Positions 43,101 through 55,100 of a DNA stretch of 64,000 nt are shown here, piece after piece. Positions within the stretch are counted from its first letter, which is position 1. Each line of letters starts with the position of its first letter. The notes beneath the pieces were generated by a model. The model saw only the letters and a program-made list of their open reading frames with translations, did not search any database and had not been told where the DNA came from. The stretch comes from Antedon mediterranea (taxonomy: Eukaryota > Animalia > Echinodermata), in contig NC_092671.1 of assembly GCF_964355755.1 (NCBI RefSeq), forward strand, positions 20,584,001 through 20,648,000, in the 5' to 3' direction. The translations under genes were made by a program, and so were the position numbers.

Positions 43101-46100
43101 GATGTAAACACGTGTTTTGTTACTGCCATGTCTCTCTTTCGATCTCTAGTATTTGGCTGTTGTCTAAAGTGTAGTAACTTGTATATTGTAAATAAAGTAA
43201 ATGATTGATTGTATTGTTTTTCTTGTAAAAATGTTATGTGTATTAAAAATAAATATCGATGATATTATTATTTTCAATATCACACTGAATTAATCGACTC
43301 TATCGGTGGGATTTACTCTTTCGTTGGTAACATACGCACGTCATCAAATGATTTCTAGGCGCAATTCAATGCTAGCTGCTTTGATCATATAATACATTCA
43401 AGAAGGCTACGATCGTTTTCCTATTTGCTAGTGCGCTAAAGTCTTATTTCACTTAACTTAAGGTACATTTGTACATCGGTGCTAGAATGTTTTAGGCCCT
43501 ACTTCGTGAGAAAGTCGAGTGACAAGGGATGTCACATGGTATTGTGATATCAGTACTGCGATACTGTATGTCACATGGTGCTTTCACCGGCCGCCGCCGA
43601 GAGATGTAAGCACGTGTTTTGTTACTGCCATGTCTCTCTTTCGAATGTTTTCCTATTTCCTTGTGCGCTATGAAGTCTTATTTCCGGGCAACTTGAGGTG
43701 TCTTACTAATGAGTAAGCCTAGTTTTATTTCATCGGGACTTGCCCCCGATATTTGTATTTGAACGCAAAAAATGTTTTTTTATCGCATATGTTTACCCGC
43801 CGGCGGAAAAAAAAGTAGGCTACGATCGTTTTTAATGTTTGCTAACGCGCTATGAGGTGTCGTTTCCGGCTAACTACAGTTGCCTACTGATGAGGCATAT
43901 TTTTTTTCATATATCGCGTACAGTATGTTTACCTGCGGAAAAGTAGGCTCAATCGGGCTGTTTGCTAGCGCGCTATGAAGTGTCCTTTCCGGCCAACTAC
44001 AGAGTTGTCCTACTGATGAGTAGGCATTTTTTATTTCATCGGGGAATTCCCCTTGACGTTCGTAATGAACGCAAAAAATGTTTCTTATCGCGTATGTTTA
44101 CCGGCGGAAAAAGCAGGCTACGATCGTGCGGTTTGCTAGCGCGCTATGAAGTGTCTTTCCGGCCAACTACAGAGTTGTTCTACTCATGAGTAGGCCTAGT
44201 TTTATTTCATCGGGGAATTCCCCTTGACGTTCGTATTGAACGCAAAAACATTTTTTTATCGCGTATGTTTACTGGCGGAAAAAGTATGCTACGATGGTTT
44301 TACTGTTTGCTAGTGCGCTATAAAGTTTCGTTTCCGGCCAACTAGAGTTGTCCTACTGATGAGTAGGCTAATAGATTAGGCCTATTTTTTTCATTGGGGC
44401 TTCCCCCTGACGTTCGTAATGAACGCAAAAAATGTTTCTTCGCGTATGTTTACCGGCGGAAAAAGTTGGCTACGATCGTTTTGTTGTTTGCTAGCGCGCT
44501 ATAAGTGTTATTTCCGGCCAAACCAGAGGTGTCATTCAACATAAATGTTATGTGCGAGAGTACCATTTCCGGCCATCTAGGGGGTAAATTACCAAAAATC
44601 GCTTCGCCACAGCCCCAACCATGGTGGGGCTGTGACTCAAGTACTTAGTGTCGGAATGCCCCCCCCCCGAGGGGGGGGGGCCGAAGTGTGACGCTTGATG
44701 TGAATCCTGGGGAGAACACTGTTTTATGACTTTCAACCCTGTTAATTGTGACGTTTGGTCACTGTAGGGTGATGAAGAAATAAAAAAAATATATATTTTT
44801 ATTATTATTAGTAAGAAAACGTATAATAACTGTAGTATTTCAACCAAGCTACCCTCTGATTAATAATGGAAGGATCCATTTGAGTATCAACCCTTTTTTA
44901 GAACACAAACATTCAAGAATTGTATAATCTTTAAGTCTGTAAGTCCAAATGCAAATTACTATATTTAGTGTATAAAAAATCTTTTATCATAGGTATATTT
45001 CAAACCAATGAGACTATGTATTTAAAGTTACTTTGATAAACTATACATTTATTTATTTTTAAAAAGTTTTCTCCAAAAAATACAAATTGCACAAATCAAA
45101 TCTTTTAAGTAAAATGATCTCAGATCATTTTAATAAGAAAAGGGTACAAACTTTAACATTCTGTGAGTCCATCTCTGTTGGAGTATAGAGTCCTTTCATA
45201 AATCCTGTAGTTCTAATAACCTAAAAAAAAAATTTAAATTAAAAAATTTTAATCTATTGAAAATACAAATTAAGTAGAGGAAAATTGAGGAAAAATGAAA
45301 AAAATACACATGAATTCATACAGTATGTTGGTTTAAAAAATGTTTTTATCTTAATTAAACCAACATTTTGAGAGATTTGTTAATATTTGAAAGGGTTGGA
45401 ATGTCTGAACATACCTACTTTTAACAAAAGGCAAATGCCTAAACATTCAAAGAGGCAGAACTTCAATTTGGGATGTGGAGTACAGACAGAACTATTATTG
45501 TAGTTGTTGCACACTACAGGTTGTACGCGATCGCCATTCCAAACCTCAGAGACGCTTCAGTAAAATAGATGCGTCTCATTGACCTGCTTCCTAATTACCA
45601 AACCTCGTGAATATTAATGAGATACACGCCCACTAACGCAGAACGGTCTACTGTAGTACCGCTTGGACGGAAGTGCATCATTTAGACGCATGCATACCGA
45701 TTCAGAATAATAGTCTTCTATTTTTGGAATATATACATATACCATATTTCTTTTTGTTCTGTTATATTTTACATACGGTAAGTACTATTTCAATCAAATA
45801 ACAATTTGGTCAGACTCGTCAAATTGCAAGGCTGCATATTGTTATACTTCCTCTCTGATTACACGTTTTCATACACATGCATACGCAAACTTTAGGAAAT
45901 GTTGAGAAAAATAATATAATATTATTTATTTATTTATTTATTTATTCAATTTCTGCCATATACATAACAAAGAAGACAAAACAATTATAAAAGGAGGCAC
46001 GGAAAGACCAAACAGGTGCTAAACACCTATGCTAGTTGGTCAACCCAGAACAGAGAAAAATAAATAAATTACGTTCTACAATAAAAGCATCGACAAGAAA

Positions 46101-49100
46101 GCGACCAACTACACACATTTTCAATATCAAAATTATTTAAAAAATAAATATTGAGATAATTAAGTAATTTGGTTTTAAAAGAACTAACAGAAATATTAAG
46201 TTGCGGATTTCACTAGGTAAGTTATTCCAAATTCTGGTAACACGTGGGATATATGATTGAAAAGAAAATTCAGTTCTGCAGCGACGAATATCAAAAAGAG
46301 TACCAACAGAAGAAGAGCTACGAGTAACACGTTGTGGATTACGAATATTAAATAAATTGTCGGTATTAATTATATTAGAATTGAAAATCTTAAAGAGAAA
46401 AACGATATCAGTAAAGTGACGCCTATAACATAATGGTAATAAATTGCATGTTTGAAGTCTGCATTTGTAATCAGCTTCAAAATTATTTAAAATAAATTTA
46501 GTTGCTCTACGCTGAACTCCCTCAAGTTGTCTTATATAAGTTTTGTAATTGGGAGACCAGACAGTAGAGCAGTATTCAAGGTAACTACGAACAATACTTA
46601 AATAAAGAGACCGTTTTACATGTGAATTACAATGGAAACTAACACGTTTAACCAGGCCTAACATACGATTTGCTTTGGAAATAATATAATTATAATGAGC
46701 CTTCCAAGATAACTGAGAATCAATTATGATACCAAGATCATTCATTTCACTAACTCATTATTATTATTCTATTCATTTACTGCAGACCGGAACAAAAAAA
46801 AAAACAGGCCACTCGTCAGTGTGCTGTGTGAAAGAGTAATTTTTGTTGCATGTTATCAGGATTTAAATACTCTTTATTTTGATATGTAAATTGGTTATTA
46901 TTATTATTAATATTATGTAAATTGAATTTTTGAGTCTTTCTCATTATCAAATTCTGGCTAATTTAGTATTGAATTGAAGCTAATTTATATTTCTGTTTGA
47001 TAAACCACATTGTGACTCAAGTACTTAGTGTCGGAATGCCCCCCCCCCCTCATGGGGGGGGGGGGCGGAAGCGTGACGTTTGATGTGAATCCTGGGGAGA
47101 ACACTGAAGAAATGTCCTGAAGAAATTTAAGAAGCTTTTTTCTTATTTTTGGCGGTTCGAAAAGCAATTAAAATAATATAAAATTTAAATACTAGAATTA
47201 TATAAAAATGTATACTTATGAACATAGGCTAGTCAATTTAGCATTTTGAGTGAAACAAATTGCAAACAGATATTTTTCTTTTTTAAATGGTCACATGTGA
47301 TAAAGGAGATCAAAATTTGAGCATCACACCTCTGTCACTCATCCCGGTGATATGCAAATTAGCTTAAATATGCAAATTAGGCAGAAATTACAGGGTTATC
47401 ATATCTCAAAAACTACTAGTCCGAGAGAGCAGTTGATTTTTTCGAAAACTTGTTCAGAATGTACATATTTATATTTGCTCTAATGAAACATTTTACGAAA
47501 AAATGACCGGTAGTACAACATTTGACCCTTGACCCCATTTCTCAATGTTTGCATACACAATGTGACTAAAATGTCTGTAGAGACTTTATTTTGCCATCAA
47601 ATGACCCTGATATAGCTTCCTAATAGTCAGCATAGGACCACTTTATAATTCCCAAATTCATACCTTTGTCACACACCTCGAAAGTATGCAAATTAGTAGT
47701 ACAAGTTAAATAAAATATGCAAATAAGGGGGAAAATTTACAGTTGTCCTATCTCGAAAACTACTAATGCTAGAGAGTTGATTTTTTCACAGCTGTATTCA
47801 GAATATACATATTTCTATTTGCTCCAATGAAAGAAACATTTTACAAGAAAATGACCGGAGGTATGACATTTGACCCTTGACCCCATTTCTCAATATTGCA
47901 TATTACAAATTTGATACTGCAACAAAAAATGTGACATGACAACAAAAAATTAGAATTGTTCGTAATTCAATAAAGTCAATCTTATTTTGAATTTACATAT
48001 CCCAACAAACATAATACAAAACATAAAGATAGTCAAGTATCAACTTCCTGGGAAAATTGAGATCTATGTTACTATGTTGGATGTATTATGTTCGTAAAAT
48101 GGTGTCATTTAGAAAACTGCCTCTCCAAGATGAGTACTTTTTTTTTCTTTATTTGATATCTGAATGATACTTATACTTAATAGAAAGACAAAAACACACA
48201 CAAAAAAATTACATGTATTGCACACATTTATTATAATCCGTAAATTAGTTGACACCGTTACGCACATCATCAACAGTTCTTCAACAATTTGCCTGAAACT
48301 TTGCAAGAACATGAACAAAGAATGAGATGCCTACTTGCAATCAGCAAGTTCAAACCTCACTTTGAACATACCATATGGTTGTTTGTAAACCCAGCTTTGT
48401 ATAATAAACACAAAATTCAATAGTTGATTATGTTGGTAACAAAGACACCAACAATTTTGACTGTTGATTCACGTCATCGCAGCTTTAAATTTGACTTGTA
48501 TCCAGACGTTTTATTGTGTATATTATTAGTTGTACTGCTGGGGCTTCCTTATCAACGACCAGCAATGACAGACTAGCGCTCTGCACATGTGGTGTGGGCC
48601 AATCTTCCAAATGACGTTCGTAACAGACTTGACACAACACACGTAAACATGTTTTGAATTGTTTTTTTTAACTGATATAAATAGCCATACAAAATTATTA
48701 AACTTTCCAATGTTTTAGTTAGATAAGAATAAGATATAAATTACAAATAATTCGTTGATTGAATAAACCTGTGTTAACTCGCAAGCTAGCCCCATATGAT
48801 GTTCGTAACATTTCTTGACACGACATGTTACGAACATAAGCCTGTGTTTACCATTCAAATCAAATTACATAATTGCTATTTTTTCAAATTCTCTAAAAAG
48901 ATTTTTATGTCACAATTTGGTGTCTATTTTTGGTACATAAATTACATTTATTAAGTTCAGAAAAAAATTCCGCTGGGGTTTCATTCTTAATATTATCTTA
49001 CATATTACCTATATCAACAACTTACATGATCGTAAAATATACAGTATGTTCATTTAAATACATTAAGACTAATTAGCAACATGTTTTAAAGAAATATATA

Positions 49101-52100
49101 AAATCTCTGCAGTATCATATTTGTACATATATATAATGAAATTAAAATGAAATTAATTTGGCTCAAATACAAGTTTCTAATAGTCAACATAGAATTGTTA
49201 AGTGAAACTCAAAACCACACCTGTATCACTAAACTCCAAAGTATGCAAATTATTAGTACAAGTTACATGAAATATGAAAATTAGGAGGTGAAATTGCAGG
49301 TTCTTATATATCGAAAATCACTAAGGCTAGAGAGTTGATTTTTTCAAAAACTTGTTCAGAATGTACATATTTATATTTGCTCTATTATAATGTGATGTTT
49401 GATGATGAAAATAAATTATTAATACTAAATACTATAGCCTATATTATTTCAATTACTTACAAATCAAAACAGGGTAAAATCAGGGATTGTTTAAAGATGT
49501 ATTGTCTCTTTGACTAATTAAAAAAAAAAAAAAATAGTTCGAAAAAAAGTGGGTCATTTTGAAGTATCATATAGTTATTAACTTCCACCAAAAATTAGTC
49601 GAAAAAAAAATCATTTAACTGAAATAACTTCCATCCAGTCAAAGTTTTCGATGAAAACATATATCTCATAATGCAACACACTTGTTTTATGCAAAATCAT
49701 AAAACATTTTTCAATGGTGGCGAGTTGTGAACAATCCTAATAAGCATCATGCATACTCATGATTTGAACTCTTTGTTTACTTTCGTTCACGACAATTTAC
49801 CAGACGAAATGTAATCAAATTAATGTACCTGTTAATTATGTAAACTTGTTGTTTTTGGCTCGAATTTTCGACTTAAAGTGAATAACTTTAATGTTACTTT
49901 AATATGGTCAATTTAGATTTAGAATATGTTGACTTTCATTTTTTAGTGTTTCAAGGGACAATACATCTTTAAGCCGCTCATAAAATAATTGTCAGAACAA
50001 TTTGTCGGCGACAATCAAAAGAAGAACCGATAACCATTTTAATTAATAACTAGAATTTAATTTGTCACGGTACTGTATCCATACCTTACGGTAATTATAG
50101 AGGCCGCTATGTAAGATAGATAGGAGATCAAATAGGCTATTGCAATGGTTTTCAGCAAGCCAGCTGTGTGGCTTAATGTCTTAAGATGAGGCTCTAGCTT
50201 AAGGGGATTAAAGGTTCGATTCTCTACTTGACGTCTTTTTTTTTTTTTTTTTTTAATTTAAGACAGATTATTTAGAGGGTTAGGTTTTTAATATTTACCA
50301 GAGTACATGGTTTTTTTAAACCAATATTATAAAATAATACTGTTGATTGAGGAAAGATGAATCTACCATAGCATTGACACTATGGATATATAAGAATACG
50401 ATTTACCCACAAAAGTGTACATGCAGAAATTAACCAGATGTTAATTACAAAGTTACTGCCTTGATGTTTATTCCATAACACGCTACGTTTTATTTTAAGG
50501 GAAATCACGTGCTGAAGAACAACGGGTGCACAGGAAAGTTTACTCGTCCCATCTCCTACCACCACATAACATTATTTTAAAACGATTACATTTAAATAAT
50601 GTTAAAGACCCCTTCCCTATAATTTGTGACGTTTTGTAAAAATAATACATACAGTATTACTTTAAAAACATTAAACCAGGTCATTCCTTGTCTTAAATGT
50701 ACGTTTTATGGTAAATTAGGAGTAAATTATGATAAAATGTGAGAAACAATGCACTACTTAAGTAGCTCGCAGCGAATGACCTCTTGTGGACGGTCTTTAG
50801 GCCAAGCCTAGCTGGTAAACATCGGTAACGTACAAACATCGTATGCTAGCTATATACCTAGTCTGACGTTGTATAGTTGCTGCATTAATTGTCTTTCTAT
50901 TTTTGCCAGACTCCGTTGATACAAATTGGGGAAAACCCGGTATTTTCGCTGAAAAGTTAGGAGTCTTCCATTTGTTTTGGGCTCACGATCGATCGAAAAG
51001 TTGGTGAATTACAGAAGAAAAACAAAAACATCAATCCGCAATGCATTTTGGGATTTATAGCAGGCCGCTATAATTATTAGAATCAACTTATTTTTCACAT
51101 TTTTAACCGTTTAAAGATGAAAAAAGGACCATATAGTTATTTTTACATTCTAACAAGCAAAAACTTATCACTAGAAGTAAGAATGAGACTATTCAATGTA
51201 TACGTCAGAAGCATATTCATGTACAACTCGATCGCAAAATTAATGACAGACCATCAGACCACCGAAAGAGAGTCATGGAAATGATTAGCGTACGCAATAT
51301 CTACCCAAGTCGAATAGCGTAACGGATGATGATGATAGTTTGTGATCTTAAATTAGATCTAAAAAACGTAGGGAAAGGATCTTTAACATTTAATTAGTAT
51401 AATTATAAACAATCATATGAACAGTAATTTGGAAAAGCACATTCTCTCCTCACCTGTAAATGAAATATATAGGCCCTAATTAGCATAATAAATACTCGAT
51501 CGTCTTGTTTGGAATTACTCCCTTCTTGTTTGTTGGGCCCGATCATCTCTGGTACACCGATCGTCTTAACACCTTGTTGGGCCCGATCGTCTCACGCTTT
51601 GGGATCGATAGTCTTACAATGGGCCCGATCGTCTGTTCCCCGATACGGTACCATATCTTTTTTTAAACAAACACGGCGTAAAGTAAACGCCGTGTTTAGG
51701 ATTCCGGCACCGGAACTCAACTGCCCAGCGTTAGAGGGAATCCGACACGCTATTGCGCATGCCCAGAGCGAGGTAATCGGCGACTCTATACTTATCAACA
51801 GCGATGGATCATTTCATAGCTGCGCCACACACGGCGAACTAGCCTAGATGCTGCGCCTACTTAAAGCCGATTTTCCACTAGGCGAATTTGTTCGCGCGAA
51901 TCGAACGCGCCAGCTTGTACGCATGTGTATTCATGTTTACGTCTTCCAAATCCTTCTCTACGCATGCGTATTAGCCAACGCCTTCGATTCGCGCCAAAGA
52001 ACTTCGCGCCAAAGAACTTCGCGCGAACAAATTCGCCTAGTGGAAAATCGGCTTAATGGGATCCACTAATCTAGGCTAGGGTTAGACGTGACCAGTGGGC

Positions 52101-55100
52101 CTATAGTATTTATTTTGTAATTTAAAAGTGGTTACTTCATTCATATATAAACTTCATATCATTATGAATTATATAATTACATGACTAGTTTTATGATTTT
52201 TCATAACGCATTATACTGTACATAACAACATGCAATCACAAGTTGATTTGTTGACGGCAGCAGCCACCGCGTGGATGTGAAAAAACTTTTCGGTAAGTCA
52301 GGGTCAGGTATTTGTATGATTTGTTTTTATTTTTTTGAATGCGCCTTGAGCACTCTTGAGTGGTATGTGCGCTATAAAAATAATAATAATAATAAACAGT
52401 ATTTAAATTATATAGCGCCTAATGGATCACTGACCCCTCTAGGTGCTTTACATAGGACCTTAACTAATGGTAATAAACTATCCCCCGCCGGACACCATTC
52501 CAGTATTTCTTAGTCGAGGTTTCGGGGATGGAGACAATCAATAATGTGAAAAAAAAAAAAAATGTAACTAAGCTTAACTATGCTTAACTAAGGTAAAACT
52601 ATCCCCCGCCGGACACCATCCCGGTATTTCTGAGTCAAGGTTTCGGGCAAGAATTAAGAATAGAGAGTAAATGAAGCATGCACAACTTAAGCTAGGGTTA
52701 AACTATCCCCCGCCGGACACCATCCCGGTATTTCTGAGTCAAGGTTTCGGGGAAGGAATAAATGAATGAATGAATAAGTTAATTAATACCGGATGAGAAC
52801 AGATGGGCTTTCAGTCGTGATTTAAAAATACTGACTGAAGGAGCAAGTCTCACAAAGAGTGGAAGTTTGTTCCATAATGAAGTGCTATTGCTGCAAAAGA
52901 TCTTCTACCATAAGCAGTGGATGATTTTGGTAATGTTAGAAGAAATTGATCACCAGACCTTAAAGAGCGCGACGGGATGTATTCAGAAATGAGCTCGCGA
53001 ATATAATCAGGGGCAAGCCCATGTAACGCTTTGTAAGTGATCAGCGAGATTTTAAACGTTATTCTCTTACACACTGGCAGCCAGTGAAGCTCTTTCAACA
53101 CCGGTGTAATACTGTGCCGCTTTTTAGTCAAAGTGATCATCCTTGCAGCAGTGTTTTGAACTAGCTGGAGTTTTGCAATCTCATAGTCAGGTAAGCCACA
53201 TAAAAGACTGTTACAACAGTCAAGACGCGAGCTAACAAATGAATGAGCTTTTTAGCAGATGCTCTATCAAGGTACTTGCGAACTTGACCGATTTTCCTGA
53301 GCGCAAAGTTAGCTGACTTGCAGATGTTATTAATGTGTCCCGACATACTTAGCTTGTTGTCGATTGTAATGCCAAGATTGCGTGCAGAAGGAACCGTTAG
53401 AACAAACTCCGAGCCAACCTGAATTTGGTCAATTTGGTTATTGTTCCGCAAAAACCGGGAGGTGATGTGAAGTACCTCTGTTTTGCTGCTATTAAGTTTG
53501 AGTTTATTGACTACCATCCATTTCTTGACTTCTTGGATGCAAGATTCAAGTTGTGAAATAGCACTATCTGTTTGCAAAGGATTAAACATCATATACAGTT
53601 GTGTATCATCCGCGTACACCATCAGCTCAACTCCATCATAAGAACTAACAATATCTTCTAATGGCGATGTATAAAGCGTGAAACACAGAGGGCCCAGTAC
53701 AGACCCCTGTGGAACACCATCCAGTAGCGGAGACGGATTCGATGTTGACTCTTTAATAGCAACGGATTGAGTGCGGTTGAGCATGTATGATTGAAACCAC
53801 TTGAGAACTGTGCCATCGACTCCATACCGATTTGATAGTCTCTGCAGTAATATTTTGTGATTTATGGTATCAAATGCTGCAGTTAGATCAAGTAACACTA
53901 GTACTGCTTCACTGTGTACATCAACAGCGCAAAGTAAATCATTAATGACACGAATCAGAGAGGTTTCAGTAGAATGGTGTTTACGATAGGCTGATTGTCT
54001 CTTGCCGTGCAGGTCATTTGTTACAAGATGTTTAGTTAACTGAGCGGCAACACATCTCTCCTGTTATTATTATTATTATTATTATTATTAACGCTTAAAA
54101 CAGCATTACGATTCTTAGATAGATCATACTGATACTTATTAATATCATTATCAAGATGGAGGGCGCTGATACAACTGCAAGACCTCTAGGGATTTGTCCC
54201 TCAAATCTTCTTTGTTTTTCTTGTTTTTTTAATGGTCATTTGTTTTTTTATGCGGTGTGTTTGTAAAGTTAAATTGTACCGAATTGACCATACGGTCATT
54301 GTTAGAAAGCTTGTCGACATCGGAGTGAGAACATCTATTATTCCCACCATCTGTAGCTTTCTGACGGATCGTAAAATAAATACTAAACTTAGTTCATCCT
54401 TTTCCCCTTATGCCAACATCACATGTGGGATTCCACAGGGTACAAAGCTTGGGCCAATTTTGTTTCTTATATTAGTCAATGATATCTCTATGGAAGGCTG
54501 CAGATGGTGGAAGTATGTTGATGATCTCACTCTTGGTGACACTGTTAAACATGGTAATGCTCCTAAACTTCAATCTTGTCTTGATGACCTTACTGAGTGG
54601 TGTGATACAAATCACATGGTCCCTAAACCCTCTAAGTGTCATATCATGAGAGTTAATTTTTTGAAAAGAAATATTCCCCCTCCTAATTATTACCTTAGCG
54701 GTACAACACTTAATGTTGTTTCGTATATGAAGCTCCTTGGACTTATAATCCAGGATGACTTGAAATGGGATAATAATGTCAGTGACATGGTAAAAAGAGC
54801 ATCCAAAAGGTTGTATACGTTATATATCCTTAGAAGGGCCAATGTACCAGTTCATGATATGATATCCGTTTATGTTTGTTATATTCGCCCAATCTTAGAA
54901 TACGCCTGCCCTGTGTGGCATGGAAGCATCAATAAGGCCCAAATATCGACCATTGAAAGAGTGCAAAAGAGAGTTTTACGTATTATTCTGGGTCCCGCTT
55001 TCCTTACGTATGATTCAGCTCTTGAGCTTACTGATATGACCACTCTCGCATCCAGACGAGAGACGTTGATTCAAAAATTTGGAGAAAGGCTCTTGAAATC

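Larger units (their letters stand above)
42520..44790 (+). mobile_element. CR1-type LINE 3' end (42520-42808 + 44722-44790) interrupted by a hAT element
   Basis: ORF 42523: [24 protein letters not shown] resembles a CR1 ORF2 C-terminus; after the hAT the 3' UTR resumes with stem-loop gtgac-gtttg-gtcac and an A-rich tail. Confidence 0.5.

Noticed and set aside
43860-44370. Hammerhead ribozymes in the tandem array (ctgatgag)
   Set aside because: CTGATGAG is the centre of a cctact-atg-agtagg palindrome (ctcatgag and ctaatgag in other units) and is not followed by stem II-GAAA.
47107-47160. Second copy of exon 3 ([10 protein letters not shown] resembles VAFLQKAI)
   Set aside because: Weak match, wrong position (intron 1) and no convincing splice sites.
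50161-50235. Functional tRNA gene
   Set aside because: A/B boxes are present but acceptor and anticodon stems do not pair; it is a SINE or pseudogene. The same applies to ~60090-60157 and ~6075-6135.
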